A DNA stretch of 64,000 nucleotides from Podarcis melisellensis. Taxonomy: Eukaryota. A program made the position numbers and the translations under genes. Under the pieces are notes generated by a model. The model worked only from the letters and a program-made list of their open reading frames with translations. It did not search any database and was not told the origin of the DNA. The stretch lies in the NCBI GenBank assembly GCA_964234715.1, contig OZ174279.1; one strand, 5' to 3'. This document shows, one piece after another, positions 1-40,329 of this stretch (the first letter of the stretch is position 1; every line of letters starts with the position of its first letter).

Positions 1-957
1 ACCTACAAACTGCTACAGGGTTTTTCTTTTCTTTTTGACAATCAAGCAGTATATAAATGTTACAAAATATAAGAAAATTAATGTGCATCATTTGGCAACT
101 GCTACAAGAAGCAATGACATGCAAGAACAGACACAGATCAAATGCTGCAGAAAGCTTTGTATTACCTCAAACGCACTGTAGTTCAATGGAAAGTGTTTCT
201 AGTTCAGTGAAGCATCAATGAGCAATATGATGTTAGGAGCGATATAGCCGCTTGTACAAATCACTGTGTGTTCACTAGGGCTTTTAAACAGACAACTCCT
301 GTCCAATTACAGCACCCCAGCTTCTGCCGGCAGTGTATACTAAACCTCAGAAAGTGCTGTGGAATCAGAATCAGGAAATAAGCACCATTTCCAATGGGAG
401 CAAACCCTCTATAAAAGAGTAGAGCTGCTGGACCATCTGGTCTACATCAATGTTGGCATTTTCAGTGTTGGCATTTATGTAACATTCTCAAGATTTTTTC
501 TTATTCACATGAAATATGCACATTCTGTATTTCTTGCCAAAATGTTCCCAGAAACCCAAAGGGGACTAAACACTGTCCAAGGAGTTGCGAGACTACAGTA
601 CGACACAACTCCACCTATTACTGCGCTTCGCCATTTAAGGAAATGCAAAAAATGCACAATTGCTCACAGGAATTTGGAACGGTGGGCTGCTTTTGAAAGC
701 AAACTTTTTCTGGCCCTTGGTTGCTTATACAAGATAAGGATGCCGCAAGGCACACCTCAGTTTCTCCCCTCCACTGCTGATGCTGCTGTTCACATAAGAC
801 AGACTAGGTCACAGGAACAGGGGGCATGGAGCACCGGCGCATCATAAAGGCATCAAAGAAGTGAGTGTTTTAGTCCTGGGTTGCAGACACTGCTTCCTCT
901 TCCAACTGAAGAAGGCATTCCCAATTCTGAGTTTGGCTGCAATGATACACAGTATTC

Positions 958-1812
958 CAGGCTTTCTCAACTTTGGGTCCTCAGATGTTGTTGGACTACA
1001 ACTCCCATAATCCAGAGCCAGCAGGGGCAGCAGTCAGGGATGATGGGAATGGTAGTCCAACAAGGCCGCTCCACTTCCAGGTGGGGTGGTGTTGCGGACA
1101 GGCCATGTGGCCTCCTGCTAAGCCCCCGTGTCATTAGGGAGACCCTGGCCGGAGGGCGTGGCTTAGTGCTTTTAAGCAGCCAAGTGGCCAGGGGATCTCC
1201 CTTCTCGTTCCGGCTTCCGCAGATCTCCCGCCCTCCCTTCAAGCGTTCGACATATTGGCCTTGCTATGGACCTCAGTTGGTCTCCTGTTGAGGGGGCCTG
1301 GTAGGAATTTTTCCACTTGGCAAATTGGCACTGGCCATTTGGCTTTCGGCTACCTCGTAGCAATCGTCACAACTTTTGGAAGGTTTGGCGGTTAGGCATT
1401 GGTAAAACCTGGTTCGGGAGAGGGGAGGTGTGGCCATCACCTGCCCCTCCATTTTAAGGGTATTTCGTTAAAGGGATCTGGGGGTGTGGATCTTGTCTGA
1501 AGCCCAGGTAGGGGCTAGGGCCATGCCACGACCCCATCGGGGACCCTGGGGGAGCTCTTAGTTGATGTACATCAACAGGGCTTCCCCTATTGGTGGTTGA
1601 CCCTTACTGGACTACCTGCATGGTGGGCAGGAGTCAGATATAGTCAGTTTAATGCCAATGCCTAAGCTAATACCGCTCACATTCTGTAACCAATAAAGTT
1701 GTGGCCCAAATTTGCCCATTTACCCTAATATACTGTGTCCAGGTGTTATTATTCAACATAAAGGGAGACCTCAGGGTCTTGACATCTAGGGACCCAAGGT
1801 TGAGAAAGGCTG
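958..1812. mobile_element. Palindromic hAT-type MITE (958-1063 + 1783-1812) interrupted by a ~720-bp insertion
   Basis: TIR CAGGCTTTCTCAAC/GTTGAGAAAGGCTG; the right arm GTAGTCCAACAA|CATCT is split at 1063/1783. Confidence 0.72.
1064..1782 (+). mobile_element. LTR-like / possible DIRS-Ngaro-type terminal repeat
   Basis: GC-richer block exactly interrupting a MITE, no TSD, AATAAAGTTGTGGCC near its 3' end (1692-1706); class is inferred. Confidence 0.45.
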
Positions 1813-1980
1813 GTATATGCACTTACTTGGGGGGAATTCCCATGGGGCAGGCATATAATATATAAGCTTGCACTGTCATTAATTCTATGAAGCAAGGAAT
1901 AGGGTTAAAGGCCCATCAGGGTGACTCTCTAGAAAAATACAAAACAGGAAGCAAATTAACTTGTGAAACTCAATTTTAAT

Positions 1981-1986
1981 TTTATT
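1981..1986 (-). terminator. ACSL3: Candidate distal polyadenylation signal of ACSL3 (AATAAA on minus)
   Basis: TTTATT on plus; followed on minus by a U/GU-rich tract (ttgcttcctgttttgtatttttct). Other candidates: ATTAAA ~6622-6627, AATAAA ~2434 and ~2685. The real 3' end cannot be fixed from sequence alone. Confidence 0.4.
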
Positions 1987-4900
1987 TTTGAAGTGTAAAT
2001 GTCCAATTACAAATAAATAATTCATACAATATAACTCAAGTTATGATAGACACATTTTCAGGCAGTTCAGAATAACAACCAAGATGAATGAATTTACATT
2101 AAATAATCAATTAGTACAATGAACAACTGGTCATCCAGTTATGTTTTCAGCTTGGTCTAATATGTGTACAGCCTTTTAAAACAGTTCTCTCTTTTTGCCA
2201 CTTTAGAAGACAACAAATGCAAACAATTTTCATACAAGCCCAGAAGAACACACACATTACATTTACTTTAAAAATTTCAAAAATTAGTCAAATGGGTGAA
2301 GTGGAAGTCTTAAAGCAGGAAGAAAGAAAACCCAGCTTGTGGAATTTTTGCAGCCAACAGTTATTTTCTAAGGATTTCTATTCTGCTGAATTTGCTGCAT
2401 AAATTCTCAAGCATTATAGGCTCAAGGAAGTTTTTTATTTTAACTCTATACATTTTTTCTCATCTTTGCTAAAAAGCAAAAGCCCAGAGAACACTTGTAG
2501 GCTTCATTTTGAGTTTTAATTGCACACTGCTTTTAGCTTTAACTTCAGCGAATTATTTTACTGCTAAAAAGACAGCTTCCCCTTGAGGTAAATAGATGTA
2601 TTAATTGTAAACTGCAATAGCAGCAGCATCAGTAAAACCACATAAAAAGTGTTTCCTGACATAAAAGGGTACAATCACTGCTGCTTTATTTTTTTCTACA
2701 GAGTTTGCATGGGGCTCCATCACAAGACCTGGTGAAATGAATGACAGGAAGCAGTGCTTGGGCAATTTCTTTTACATTCATTTCCACATGAAGCTTTGCT
2801 TCTCCTTGTTCAAGGATACATGCAGTATCTGGGGCAAAACATATTGATTTTTTTAAACCCTGAACTTTTTTTTTTAATGTGGCACTTTTACAGTTCATTC
2901 TGTTTCCCTATAGTTCCTATCTTGAATGACTATGGACCTCTTTCCCACATCTGCAGTCCTGTGGAAATCACATTCTTGTGGCTTGAACCTTTGTGGTTTT
3001 AAGCTGGCAAGATCCACAGGATCACTCACATGCAGGTGGTCACATTATTCACCAGATCCCACAGCAATGTGGAATCCTATGGGAAGGTAGATCCCCCTTG
3101 GCAGCAGGAAGTCTTAATCACATTTACTGCTGAAATCCATCTTTCAAAACTACATCTTTTCACTGGGACAGGAAGCGAATGGTCCCAAATGTGCCTTTGG
3201 ATCAAAGCTAAAGTAGCATACATAACAATCTCCCTACTATTTTGAAAAATGTGGGGCAGCAGCTATGGGAGCTGTAGTCTTTAAGCAGAGGGAGAAATTG
3301 CTGAATCCTGTCTCACTCGAGCCCATTTCTTTAATTCAGAACTGCTTTTCAAAATATATTTTTGCTGTGTGGGTAGAAAAGCGGTGATAGAGGCAAGCAG
3401 AAAACTGCTTGAAGGCCAAAGCTCCAGAAGGACTTCTCCTCTACAGCTCTTCTTTTTCTTTTCCAAAAAGATGTTTACACACATTTGCCATGCAATGTCT
3501 AGCAATGGCTTTTTTAAAAATGGCAAGGTTCTGAAGCTACACAACTGCATTTCCAGGTCTGGTTGCTAAGGAAGGCCTACTGCCTCTGCTCACTTCTACT
3601 TCTGGTCCTGCTGCAGAGCAGCCACGATGGCATGCAGCCAGAGAGATAAAAGAATGCTCACAGTTCAACAGCCTAGAAGATACTGCAGCACAAACAAGGA
3701 AAATAGAAAAGAGACTGCCAAAAAACAAACCCCCAAAAACCCCACTCCTTTAATTTTGGTGATCAAAGACTATTTATGGCCCATAGTCTTTTCACTTTGG
3801 TTCTTTGCTTTAGTACCTGAATCTAAAAAAGCATAAAGAACCCTCCAGCATGAAAACCATTCAATGGAAATAATAAGCTATTCCATGGAGCCACACATTA
3901 AGCCATTTGGTATCTTCACTGCAAACAATAGCTGTCATATACAACATTTCTCCAATAAAGAGAGCACAGTGATGCTCAGAAAACTAATTTGTGAAAATTC
4001 TCAGAGATATGTTAGCAATGATTTTAAAAATCCATCAGTTTTAATGACAAGGTTGAACCCATACAATCAGAAATGTGTCATCTAATGTTTTTAAAAAACA
4101 GAGGGCAGTATTTAACGTTTGTCATTCTCAGAGCAGACCCACTGGACTCAATGGACTGATCAATCTATTGATTTCAGTAGAACAATGGATTTAGTTCTGG
4201 ATTGTGTCACAAATGCTATTCCCACAAATTGTTATTAAAGGTGTGTAACATTTTTAAGCACAATAGAGGAACTAGATAAATGTGAAATTGAGCAATTCAG
4301 GATGAAAGAAATATTTTTAACACCCATCTACCTTATTTTTCTCCAAATGAGTTTTCATGGCCAAGGCAACTTAAACACCGTAATTTTTAAAATGATATCC
4401 AAAGTGATTTCGAAAATTAAAAAAGTGAACTTCAATTACTCATTTGCAGCTGTGGGATCTTGTATCTTAGCTTAGATCAGGCTGCCCCAACCTTGTGCCT
4501 TCTAGGCATTGTTGGACCATGCTGGCCCTGCTGGCTTGGGGGGGGGGGGTTTAGTCCAGAAAATAAGGTGAACAGCAGGTTGGGGAAGGCAGATTTAGCT
4601 AATTCCACCAGCCTATTTCGTTTCATAACATAAAAAGAATAAACCAAATGCAAAGTCCTAATGCATTAATTGAGTTCCCAAGGAATACAGTAGTATCTTC
4701 AATTAGTGAGCCAACTGATTTTAATTATAGAAACCTACCTGACACTTTGCAATAGAACTCCATATATTAGGAGAACATAACACTCTATACACATTCTGTA
4801 ATCTTTTTCTAATTAAGATGCAATAGTTAATTTGCCTCCCCAATTAAAGCTTTTTAAGAATCTGTGGCCACAGATTTTTTTCAAGTAAAGGATGGGCATG

Positions 4901-5947
4901 ATTCAACCAAAATTAAGCATTTGTAAGCTCCATTGTTTTCAGTGGGAGAGAAGCAAGCTTTCATTCTCCATCAATGGGTTTTAAAGTGCTTAATGCTGGC
5001 CAGATAGTGTCCAAAATCTGAATATCCAATGCCCTACTACCAAGATATAGGTCCAAGGCCACTCTTTTTGTAATTTGATAGAAAAGAAAGTAAACCTTTT
5101 CAAACTAAAGCCTCTTCCACACTTCAGACTTGTGTATGGGAGAGATCAACCGTTGCACCAGCCCCACATTCCCAGCCCCCAACCTGCTCCAGAGGATCAC
5201 CCAACCAAGGGGGCTGTAGGGAAGAGGAGAGGAAGGAGAAATCTCATTTGTGAGATGTCACAATTGGATATCAATTACTCTACATCTTCTATATTCTCAA
5301 GTTGACCATAGAAATTATATTTGTAATATTGCCGGGGGGAAGGTAAGTAGATGAACCAAATATTGAAAGGTTTTCCGGACTGAGACCATATGTGGCACTT
5401 AAACTTTCTCAACACATCATAACAATCTGGAACTCCAGCTAACCCTCAGATGCCCACACAGAACTGAATCAGCAGGGGCTGTGCCGCCACGTCAGTGTCA
5501 GGAAAAGCACAGAATGCCCATGCCATTGCCTGCACACTGCTTCCCCCAATTCTGCAGTCCGTCCTGTTCTGCTTCTACAGTTATCTGTGCACACACCAGA
5601 GCATGTGGACTGGAGCCCAATGGTAGTACTTATAATGAAGCACACAAAGGAACACATTTTCAAACTGCAGATTTTGGACACAGCAATGACAAAAAAAAAA
5701 TGTGACTCAAGGTTATTATCTCAAATACGGTTAATCTGGAAGAATGTTTTCTTTCAAAACAGCAAATTATATGCCCGAGTAACTTGCGTTCAGGAGTAAG
5801 GTACCAACAATGGGATAATTAAAGACAACATTTCCATCAGCACCCATGACATTGAGACAGACAATAGTAAACAAATCACCATCAGTACATTTGAAAATGT
5901 TCTCCAACGGCACAATCCACCATGAATTTATCTTGTGCAAACCCCCT

Positions 5948-5971
5948 ACACACACACACACACACACACAC
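5948..5971. repeat. (CA)n microsatellite downstream of the stop codon
   Basis: Directly visible. Confidence 0.95.
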
Positions 5972-7052
5972 GCAATTCAAATCCATTTTGGCTAGGCTTG
6001 TGCAGGAGAACGTCACAATCGACTGTGTTCTTAAAACATTTGGGCTTCAGCTAGACCTGAACTGGACTGTAACTGCTGATTTATACGCACATAATAATAA
6101 TAAAGAGAGAGAGAAGCAGCCTGAATTGTAAAGCAGATAAAAATCAACACACATAAAAGTCCCATCTTAGTAAAGGACATTGTCAATCAGAATGCAATTC
6201 ATTTAAAACTGAGTTGTCACTAGTTTTAACAAGTCAATTTCTTTATAAAATGGCCTCAATATATTTTCAAAATTGAACTATGTCTGTTAAACAGATTATT
6301 CACAGGTGTCACATCTGCTGTGTTAGAACATACTTTGCATGTCTCAAGCCTCATTCACCCTTGTTTTGCAGGAAGGCCTGCTTATATACAGCACTTTGCC
6401 ATGACCATTTTTCCTTATTTCAGATAAAAATAAAATATATATGTAGGAGGAAATTGTCAGGCACATACTTCAGATGTTACTTTATAAGTCAGAATATCAG
6501 ACTATTTCTCTCGCAATTTTATACAAAACAATTGCACAGCAACAAATAATCTGGTGTTCTGGCCAACAATGATTTTCACCTATAAGTCATTTCATTGTAC
6601 ATAATTTCACATTGATACCTCTTTAATATTTAAATATTTACGTAAAAAAAGGCCCCCAAACTAATCATTTTGTATATAGCCAAGTTCTCCCTCTATATAT
6701 CCAAACTTCAAAAAGTTACGAATGGAAACATTATACAGGATTTATAAATCAGGTTTAAAAACTTGAGGCTTAAAATCAGGTTAGCCCAAAAGGACGTTTA
6801 GGAAAATCCACTCACTGACAAGGTAGCAGAAAAAAACTAAGGGAGGGAAAAAGGAGACAGACACCAATTTTCTGCCTTAACATTTTACTAATCCTGCCAG
6901 TTAAAGACGCTGATATTATCAGAAGAAACAGCATAAGCTGAGAGTGAGTAAGGATGTTTTTAATGTTGGTCCCAAGTGATGAGACATGTGATTCAAGTAT
7001 TTCCTATTTGATCTGAGCTCACCATAGCAAAGTGGTGCAAGAAAAAAAACCA

Positions 7053-34049
<26,997 letters not shown>

Positions 34050-34721
34050 TTACAAAGTATATCACAAAAAGATCAATGAAGTCCTGAAACAGAAAAGAAG
34101 GGGGGAAACTATCATCACACATTGACTGAACTGACTTAGGTTTCATAATTAAAACTCATATTCCATTTATGGAACTATAACAAAGTTTAAAAGGCCAAGC
34201 AAAAGTGGAGAGGATAAATGTTTTGAGCACATCTTTCATGTATGAGTCCCCCATGTTTGATTCACAGCACCTCCAGTTAAATGGTTCTGAGGAAGGGAAA
34301 CTGAGAAAGACATTTAACTACCCCTCCTCTCTACACAGGTCCCTCTTCCACTTCCTTGTTTTCTTTAACCAAATTTTTCGCGACAAACTCATAAAATCAC
34401 AGACTTGTGTGGCTAATTGTCAAATGAAGGTTAGCACTTTCCTCCAAGGGTTCCTGGTTCATCTAATCAAAGTTCACAACAGCAGCCCAACTGACAAATG
34501 ATGTTTAGCACTTTGCCTCCAAGCAATGGCTGACAAACCTATTTTAAACCGTAGTTGAAAGGCAAACTGCTGCCAAGTGGTTGATCATGATAAAATGATT
34601 AGGTAAACTGGGAAGTGTAGAAGGAAAGATGCATTGCAGGCACAAGGAGTCTGCATCACATTCTCGAGCCTCCGAACCATGATTTGGAGAATGTGTTTGG
34701 GACATCTGAATTGAGCCCATA

Positions 34722-34951
34722 CAGTGGTACCTCGGTTTAAGGACAGTCCGGTTTAAGAACAATCTGGTTTACAAACTTCGCAAAACCAGAAATAGTGTCT
34801 TGGCTTGAGAACTTTACCTCAGTCAATGAACGGTGGAAGGGCACGGGTGGTGGAAGGCCTCATTAGGGAAAGCATGCCTCGGTTTAAGAACGGTTTTGGT
34901 TTAAGAACAGACTTCTGGAACGGATTAAGTTCATACACCAAGGTACCACTG
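34722..34951. mobile_element. Tigger-like MITE
   Basis: TA|CAGTGGTACCTCGGT...ACCAAGGTACCACTG|TA; same family as 55958-56199. Confidence 0.82.
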
Positions 34952-36402
34952 TATAAAGATACCTGTGAACAATGTCTAGACCTCATAAAGTCAAATATAT
35001 GTTCTTCAAAAGGATAGTACAAAATTCTCAGTATACTTAGAAGAGTCTTTCTTAAAATATACTCAAAAATAAATTGCAAAAAACCCCAAAAACTTTTTTT
35101 TCAAAAAGCACAGGAAACCCAAAATTTTCTACTGAATCTGCCACTGGTCCGCATAGCTCACAATTTCCTACCAAACTGACTAGCTGCAGTCCTCCTATCC
35201 AGTACTTAACTGCAAATTATAGACATACATTAAAGCTAAATTAAGCAAGGAATATGAATGACACATTCAGTGTTTACAATTACCCTTTTTTAAAAAAACA
35301 ATGAATGTTTTTTGAACATTGAGAAATGGCACAACATCATAAAATGTCATCTTTCTTGTTCACCTTACTTACCAAGCCATATTGCTATGTGGCCTTTAAA
35401 TATATGTTTAATTCACTGACAGAACTTGCATTAACACCTTCTGTTGTGCCTGTAAGAAAGCAAGAGAAATGGTATGCTTTTAGCTCACAAACCAAAGTTC
35501 AGATAATGATAGAAGGGCAGGCTCTCTCCACAAATTATCATACTACATTCATAGTACTTCAATTTTACTATAAGCTATAATAAGCTATCTGAAAAAGGAT
35601 GGGATAAAAATATACTACAAATCTAAATATTTTACATGCAATTACATTTCACAATTATTAACCAAGGCTACCACAACATTCAGCAAACCCAATCCAGCCA
35701 ACCTTTCTGCCTGTGTTCTGGAGTAAACAAGCTACAGACAAGTCTGGCTAATGCTATTAAGATTGTGGTCAAAATCTACAAACTAGGGGTTATGCAAACT
35801 TTTACACAGAACTCTTCAACAGTCATGCTATCGATAAAATTGAAGCACTGAACATTGCACAATGTGCACTAAAAGACCTAAATAATACAGGAGTCATAAC
35901 CATAAAAGAAAATAACAGCTAAATGTGCTAATATCAATATTTAAATGGATGCTAAAAGGCCCGGGAGGACAAGAAAATCCCTGCTTGGTACCAGGACAAC
36001 ATTAGAGAGAATTCTGCCAACCAGTTTCAGACAGTTTTGTGGCACTTTACTTTTAAAAACTAACGAATTTATGAAGTTGATTAAAGATTCCTTTCTTCAT
36101 GTAAAGAGAAAGCAGTGCCAGTAGCCCCAATTTCTGTCCTCAAATATGCAGTGCAAAGCAGGCTTGATGGCAGTTTCTGTATACTTCTAGTAAACAATTC
36201 AAGTAAGAATTTGGGCAGGGAGATTGTACCTGTGGGCTTGGCCATAAAAGGCCCACAGGCCCACTGGACAAAAAGATCAGCTGTGTCTTCCCCATTGTTC
36301 ATAACAATAACGAAGGCATAACAATAACGATAAAAATAGGGTGATTTTACAAAAATATAACAAGATTTAAGTAATTAAGTAACAGCCACTGTGGAGTACT
36401 TT

Positions 36403-36634
36403 GTGGTACCTCGGGTTACAGACACTTGAGGTTACAGACGCTTCAGGTTACAGACTCCGCTAACCCAGAAATAGTACCTGAAGTTAAGAACTTTGCTTCA
36501 GGATGAGAACAGAAATCACACAGCAGTGGCATGGCAGCAGCGGGAGGCCCCATTAGCTAAAGTGGTGCTTCAGGTTAAGAACAGTTTCAGGTTAAGTACG
36601 GACCTCCGGAACGAATTAAGTTCTTAACTCGAGG
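36403..36634. mobile_element. Tigger-like MITE, clipped termini
   Basis: GTGGTACCTCGGGTTA...TTAACTCGAGG with repeated AGGTTACAGAC subterminal motifs. Confidence 0.7.
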
Positions 36635-38431
36635 GAGTCCAGGATTCAAACCTCCACCTAGCCATTAAACCCATTGGGTGACCTTGGGCCAGTTACTATC
36701 TCTTAACCTGATCTATCCCACAAGGATGATGTGGGGATAAACTAAAGAGAGAGAAGCAAGTATATCATAGGCCCACTCTTCAGCACAGCTAAAATTAAAT
36801 TATATTGAAAAAATACTATTTAAGAGCAGTTATTCTTCAAGAGCACCTGCTAACTCTGGTTGTTGTTAGAGATAAAATGAGTAGTCCAAGTCAACTCTGA
36901 AAAACAAGCGGGTAGGGAGAAGGCAGGTTGCTTCCCCACTTCACCCTTTCTAAGCTTGTACTACAAGGAGCAAGGTGGCTTATATAGTCTTTCTTTGCTT
37001 TATTTCACCCACACCTCTTTGGTGACAAACTATATTATGGTTGCAGCTTTAAATAATTTTTTGCCAGGTTCCACTGAAGTATTAAATAAAAAAGGCTGTT
37101 TCAAAGCAAATGTGTTTTAGGATTTATTCAAAATCAGTCTGTTGAGAGTTCTGGGAAATGCACTGACTGATCCCATTATACAATTATTATACAATAATTA
37201 CTTTCAGAGGTACGGTACTTAAATGGGAAAGTGGGAGGAAATCCAGATAAAAATGTGTTTACCAGCTGATCTGATAATCCTGTGACGAACAATTAAACTA
37301 GAATAAAGCACAAAGTGTCAAGACAAAGAAACCTTAAATGACTTCTCATTGTTGTGGTTGGTACCGATGGGACAGCAGTTTCTAGACGCTTCAGTCTCAG
37401 CTGAGTATTTCACCCACAACGTTGCAGAAATCTAAAGACAAAAATGTGAAACTAAATTAAAGCAACTATAAAAAACTAATTGCTGCCCTTTCACCTAAAT
37501 AGATGCAAGATCCAACCTGCAAATTTTCCAAGTTGCACTATATTAATTAGATACAGACAAAACACAATTACTGCCATTGTACCCCATAGTCCATTGCATC
37601 ACATTTTATTTCCTGGATTTGTATCCCACCAACACAGCATTCGGGGAGGCTCACAACCAAAAAGACTAAAACCTAACATCCAAGACTAAGCAATTATACA
37701 TCATATTGATTCCAAGTCACAGGCCAATTTATCCAACTATGAGGTGTGCACCATCCACTCAAATCTGGATTCTGTTGGTTACTAGCCCATGTCTAACAGA
37801 TCATGCACATCTACCACCATGTGTGGTATTCCATTTTTGGTACATCACAGGGAACAATTGCTTTTTGATAATTTGCCATACTCTAAAATTTGAGTCCTGC
37901 TCACAGCAGTGGATGCAGACAACCAGGTGCCTACTGTTAGGAACTGGAACAGAAAACATCTTCAGGTGCTTCTCTTGCGGACAACATAAAAGCTCACTAT
38001 CTCACACAGAGGAATTAAGTCACAATGGCCTGTATCCTCCAGATAGTAGAAATGTGTACTTCGCAAACAATAATAAAATTTCAAACATGCAAGAACAACA
38101 TGCTGAAAGACTGGGCTAGAAGAATTACTGATGGGCTTAACAAAACAATTCTCTCTCCAACTTTTGCACATATGTCCTAAGGAAGGCCAAGGCCATCTGC
38201 CCCTAAGATCATAAGGTGAGAATCCAAAAGAATTCAAAAATGCTTAAAACTACAAGAACTTCTAGTGTAGTTTTCATTTTTGATAAGTAAGTGGGTTGTC
38301 TTGGTTTTTAAAAAAAAACTAGAATTTCCTTGACAATTGCCTAACCTTGATTAGGTTTATGCTTTTTTAATAAAAGCATTCAACTCAGTTCGCAACAGTC
38401 AAATCTAATATAGAATAATGAGTTTTTACTA

Positions 38432-38571
38432 GATAACTCAGTCATTAGAGCATATGGCTCTAAATCTCAGGGTTGTGGGTTTAAGTCCCACACTGAGAGA
38501 AAAATTACTGCACTGCAGGGGGTTGGAATAGATGACCCTTGTGGTCCCTTCCAACTCTATGGTTCTATGAT
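38432..38571 (+). mobile_element. tRNA-derived SINE with CR1-type tail
   Basis: A/B-box-like head (TAACTCAGTCATTAGAGCA...GGTTTAAGTCCC) followed by GGTTGGAATAGATGACC...CCCTTCCAACTCTATGGTTCTATGA. Confidence 0.6.
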
Positions 38572-39276
38572 AATATAAGAGTGAAGTGCTAGGGCACAGT
38601 TTCTCAAACTGCAATCCATGAATTCCATTCAGATGGCCTAAGGAAAAGTTATGGAATGTTTGATAAGATCTGTACTTGGTTGTGAACTTGGTTGCTTTTT
38701 TTCTGAGAACAGTGCATGAGGCTGTTTACACAGAGTCAAATTATCAAAAAGATTAACAAGGACCCATGATTATCAGAATTATTATTATTATCAATTTAAT
38801 TTATACACAAGCATACACAAAATGATTAAATATCTAAAAACAGATGCAGAATATGACAATGGTGCTGGTGTCAAAGGGGCGATAATATTATGCTTCATAT
38901 TTAATCCAGAAACAAAACCTGAATATATATTTTTCTGGCTTGGTATCACCATACTCACTACATACTTTCATTTGGTTGCAATAGCCTACATATTTTATCA
39001 TCAGATGCACTTCCGCTAGCGTACATTGTTGGGTATTTTGTGGCTGTTTGTCAACTGTGTGTTTAAGGGTTTCACTTGGTAGAGTGAAGGGAAGGGAGCA
39101 TGGAAGGGAAACAATGTGTAAGCCCATACAGCACATGATGTGAATTTATAGCTGTTAATGAAAAGGAAACTCCCACTTAAAACACAATCCTACTCACAGT
39201 TGCTCCCCTGCACCTTTTACAGAGCAGAAGTATACTGCAGAGCAGAAGTATAAATGCACGAGGTATTAGCTAAACC

Positions 39277-39497
39277 CAGAGTGGTGTAATTGGTTAGTGA
39301 TGGACTAAGACTTGGGAGACTGTCCAGTTCAAAACCCTACTCGCTCATAAAGTTCACTGAGTGGCCTTGGGCCAGTCACCATCACTCATCCTCATAACAA
39401 CCCTGTGAGGTAGGTTAGACTAACATGAGGAGAGGGAGAATTATGTATGCCACCTTGAGTTCCTTGGAGGAAAGGTGGACTATAAATGTAGTAAATA
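39277..39497 (+). mobile_element. Old MIR/CORE-like SINE
   Basis: GTGGTGTAATTGGTTAG...GGAGAC...GTTCAAAACC...GTGGCCTTGGGCCAGTCAC; similar copies at ~36640-36750 and ~62770-62970. Confidence 0.5.
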
Positions 39498-40329
39498 AAA
39501 ACAGTATTTTAACAAATGCACCTTGCTATTAATTTTACATATTTATCATAAAGTTGTTTGCACATTATACAGTTTAATTTTACTACCTGCTGAACTTTCT
39601 GTGCACTGCTCAGTTGCATTTCAGGGCTATACTGCAAACAAAGAAAAATATGTCACAAAATTACTTTGCTGTAACATATATCAGGCTCCACAGTGAACCA
39701 GCAAACCATTTGCTTCTGCCCCAGATTGGGTGGCAAAAAATAATGGATTGAAAACACCCAGATACAAAATTTAAGCTACTGATCTATTTTATATGTACTT
39801 CACATACAATCCTGTGTGTGTCTACTAAGTGTACTAAGTCTACTAAGTGTGATGGGAGTTAAATTGGTCTTATGTTCTGGTGTGTGATTGCAACCTTAGC
39901 TTGCAATCCTATGCACATTTACTAGGGAGCCTGGGTCAGTGTACATAGGACTGCAGTTAAGTCTTCAGCTACTTCATCAACTAGCAGCAGTTAACAGGTG
40001 TTGGGTGAGAAGCCTGGTGATAATCTAGCCCCATCAAAAGCTATGCGGCAGCAGTATTCAGTTCAAGGGGAAACTGTCAAATCCGGAACTAATTACGTGA
40101 ATTAAAGGAAAGATTATTTGGGGCCTCTTTCCTTTTTGATAGCACACGTGCCTTAATGTTTTTATTTCTTCCGCTGTGCTTGTGGCTCGCTATCTTACAA
40201 AACCAAAAACCAGTAATGAGTACAGTATAAGCATCTTAAAATTGGAGCTAAAACCAAAGAACGGAACAACCGCCCTTTCGCCATTCATTTCTAACAGGAG
40301 AACAGGAAAGCGTTGGGGCAACTTGTATC

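Noticed and set aside
359-1363. 162-aa and 136-aa ORFs at the window start
   Set aside because: Non-ATG starts, no recognisable homology, partly within repeats; no sign of the neighbouring KCNE4 coding sequence.
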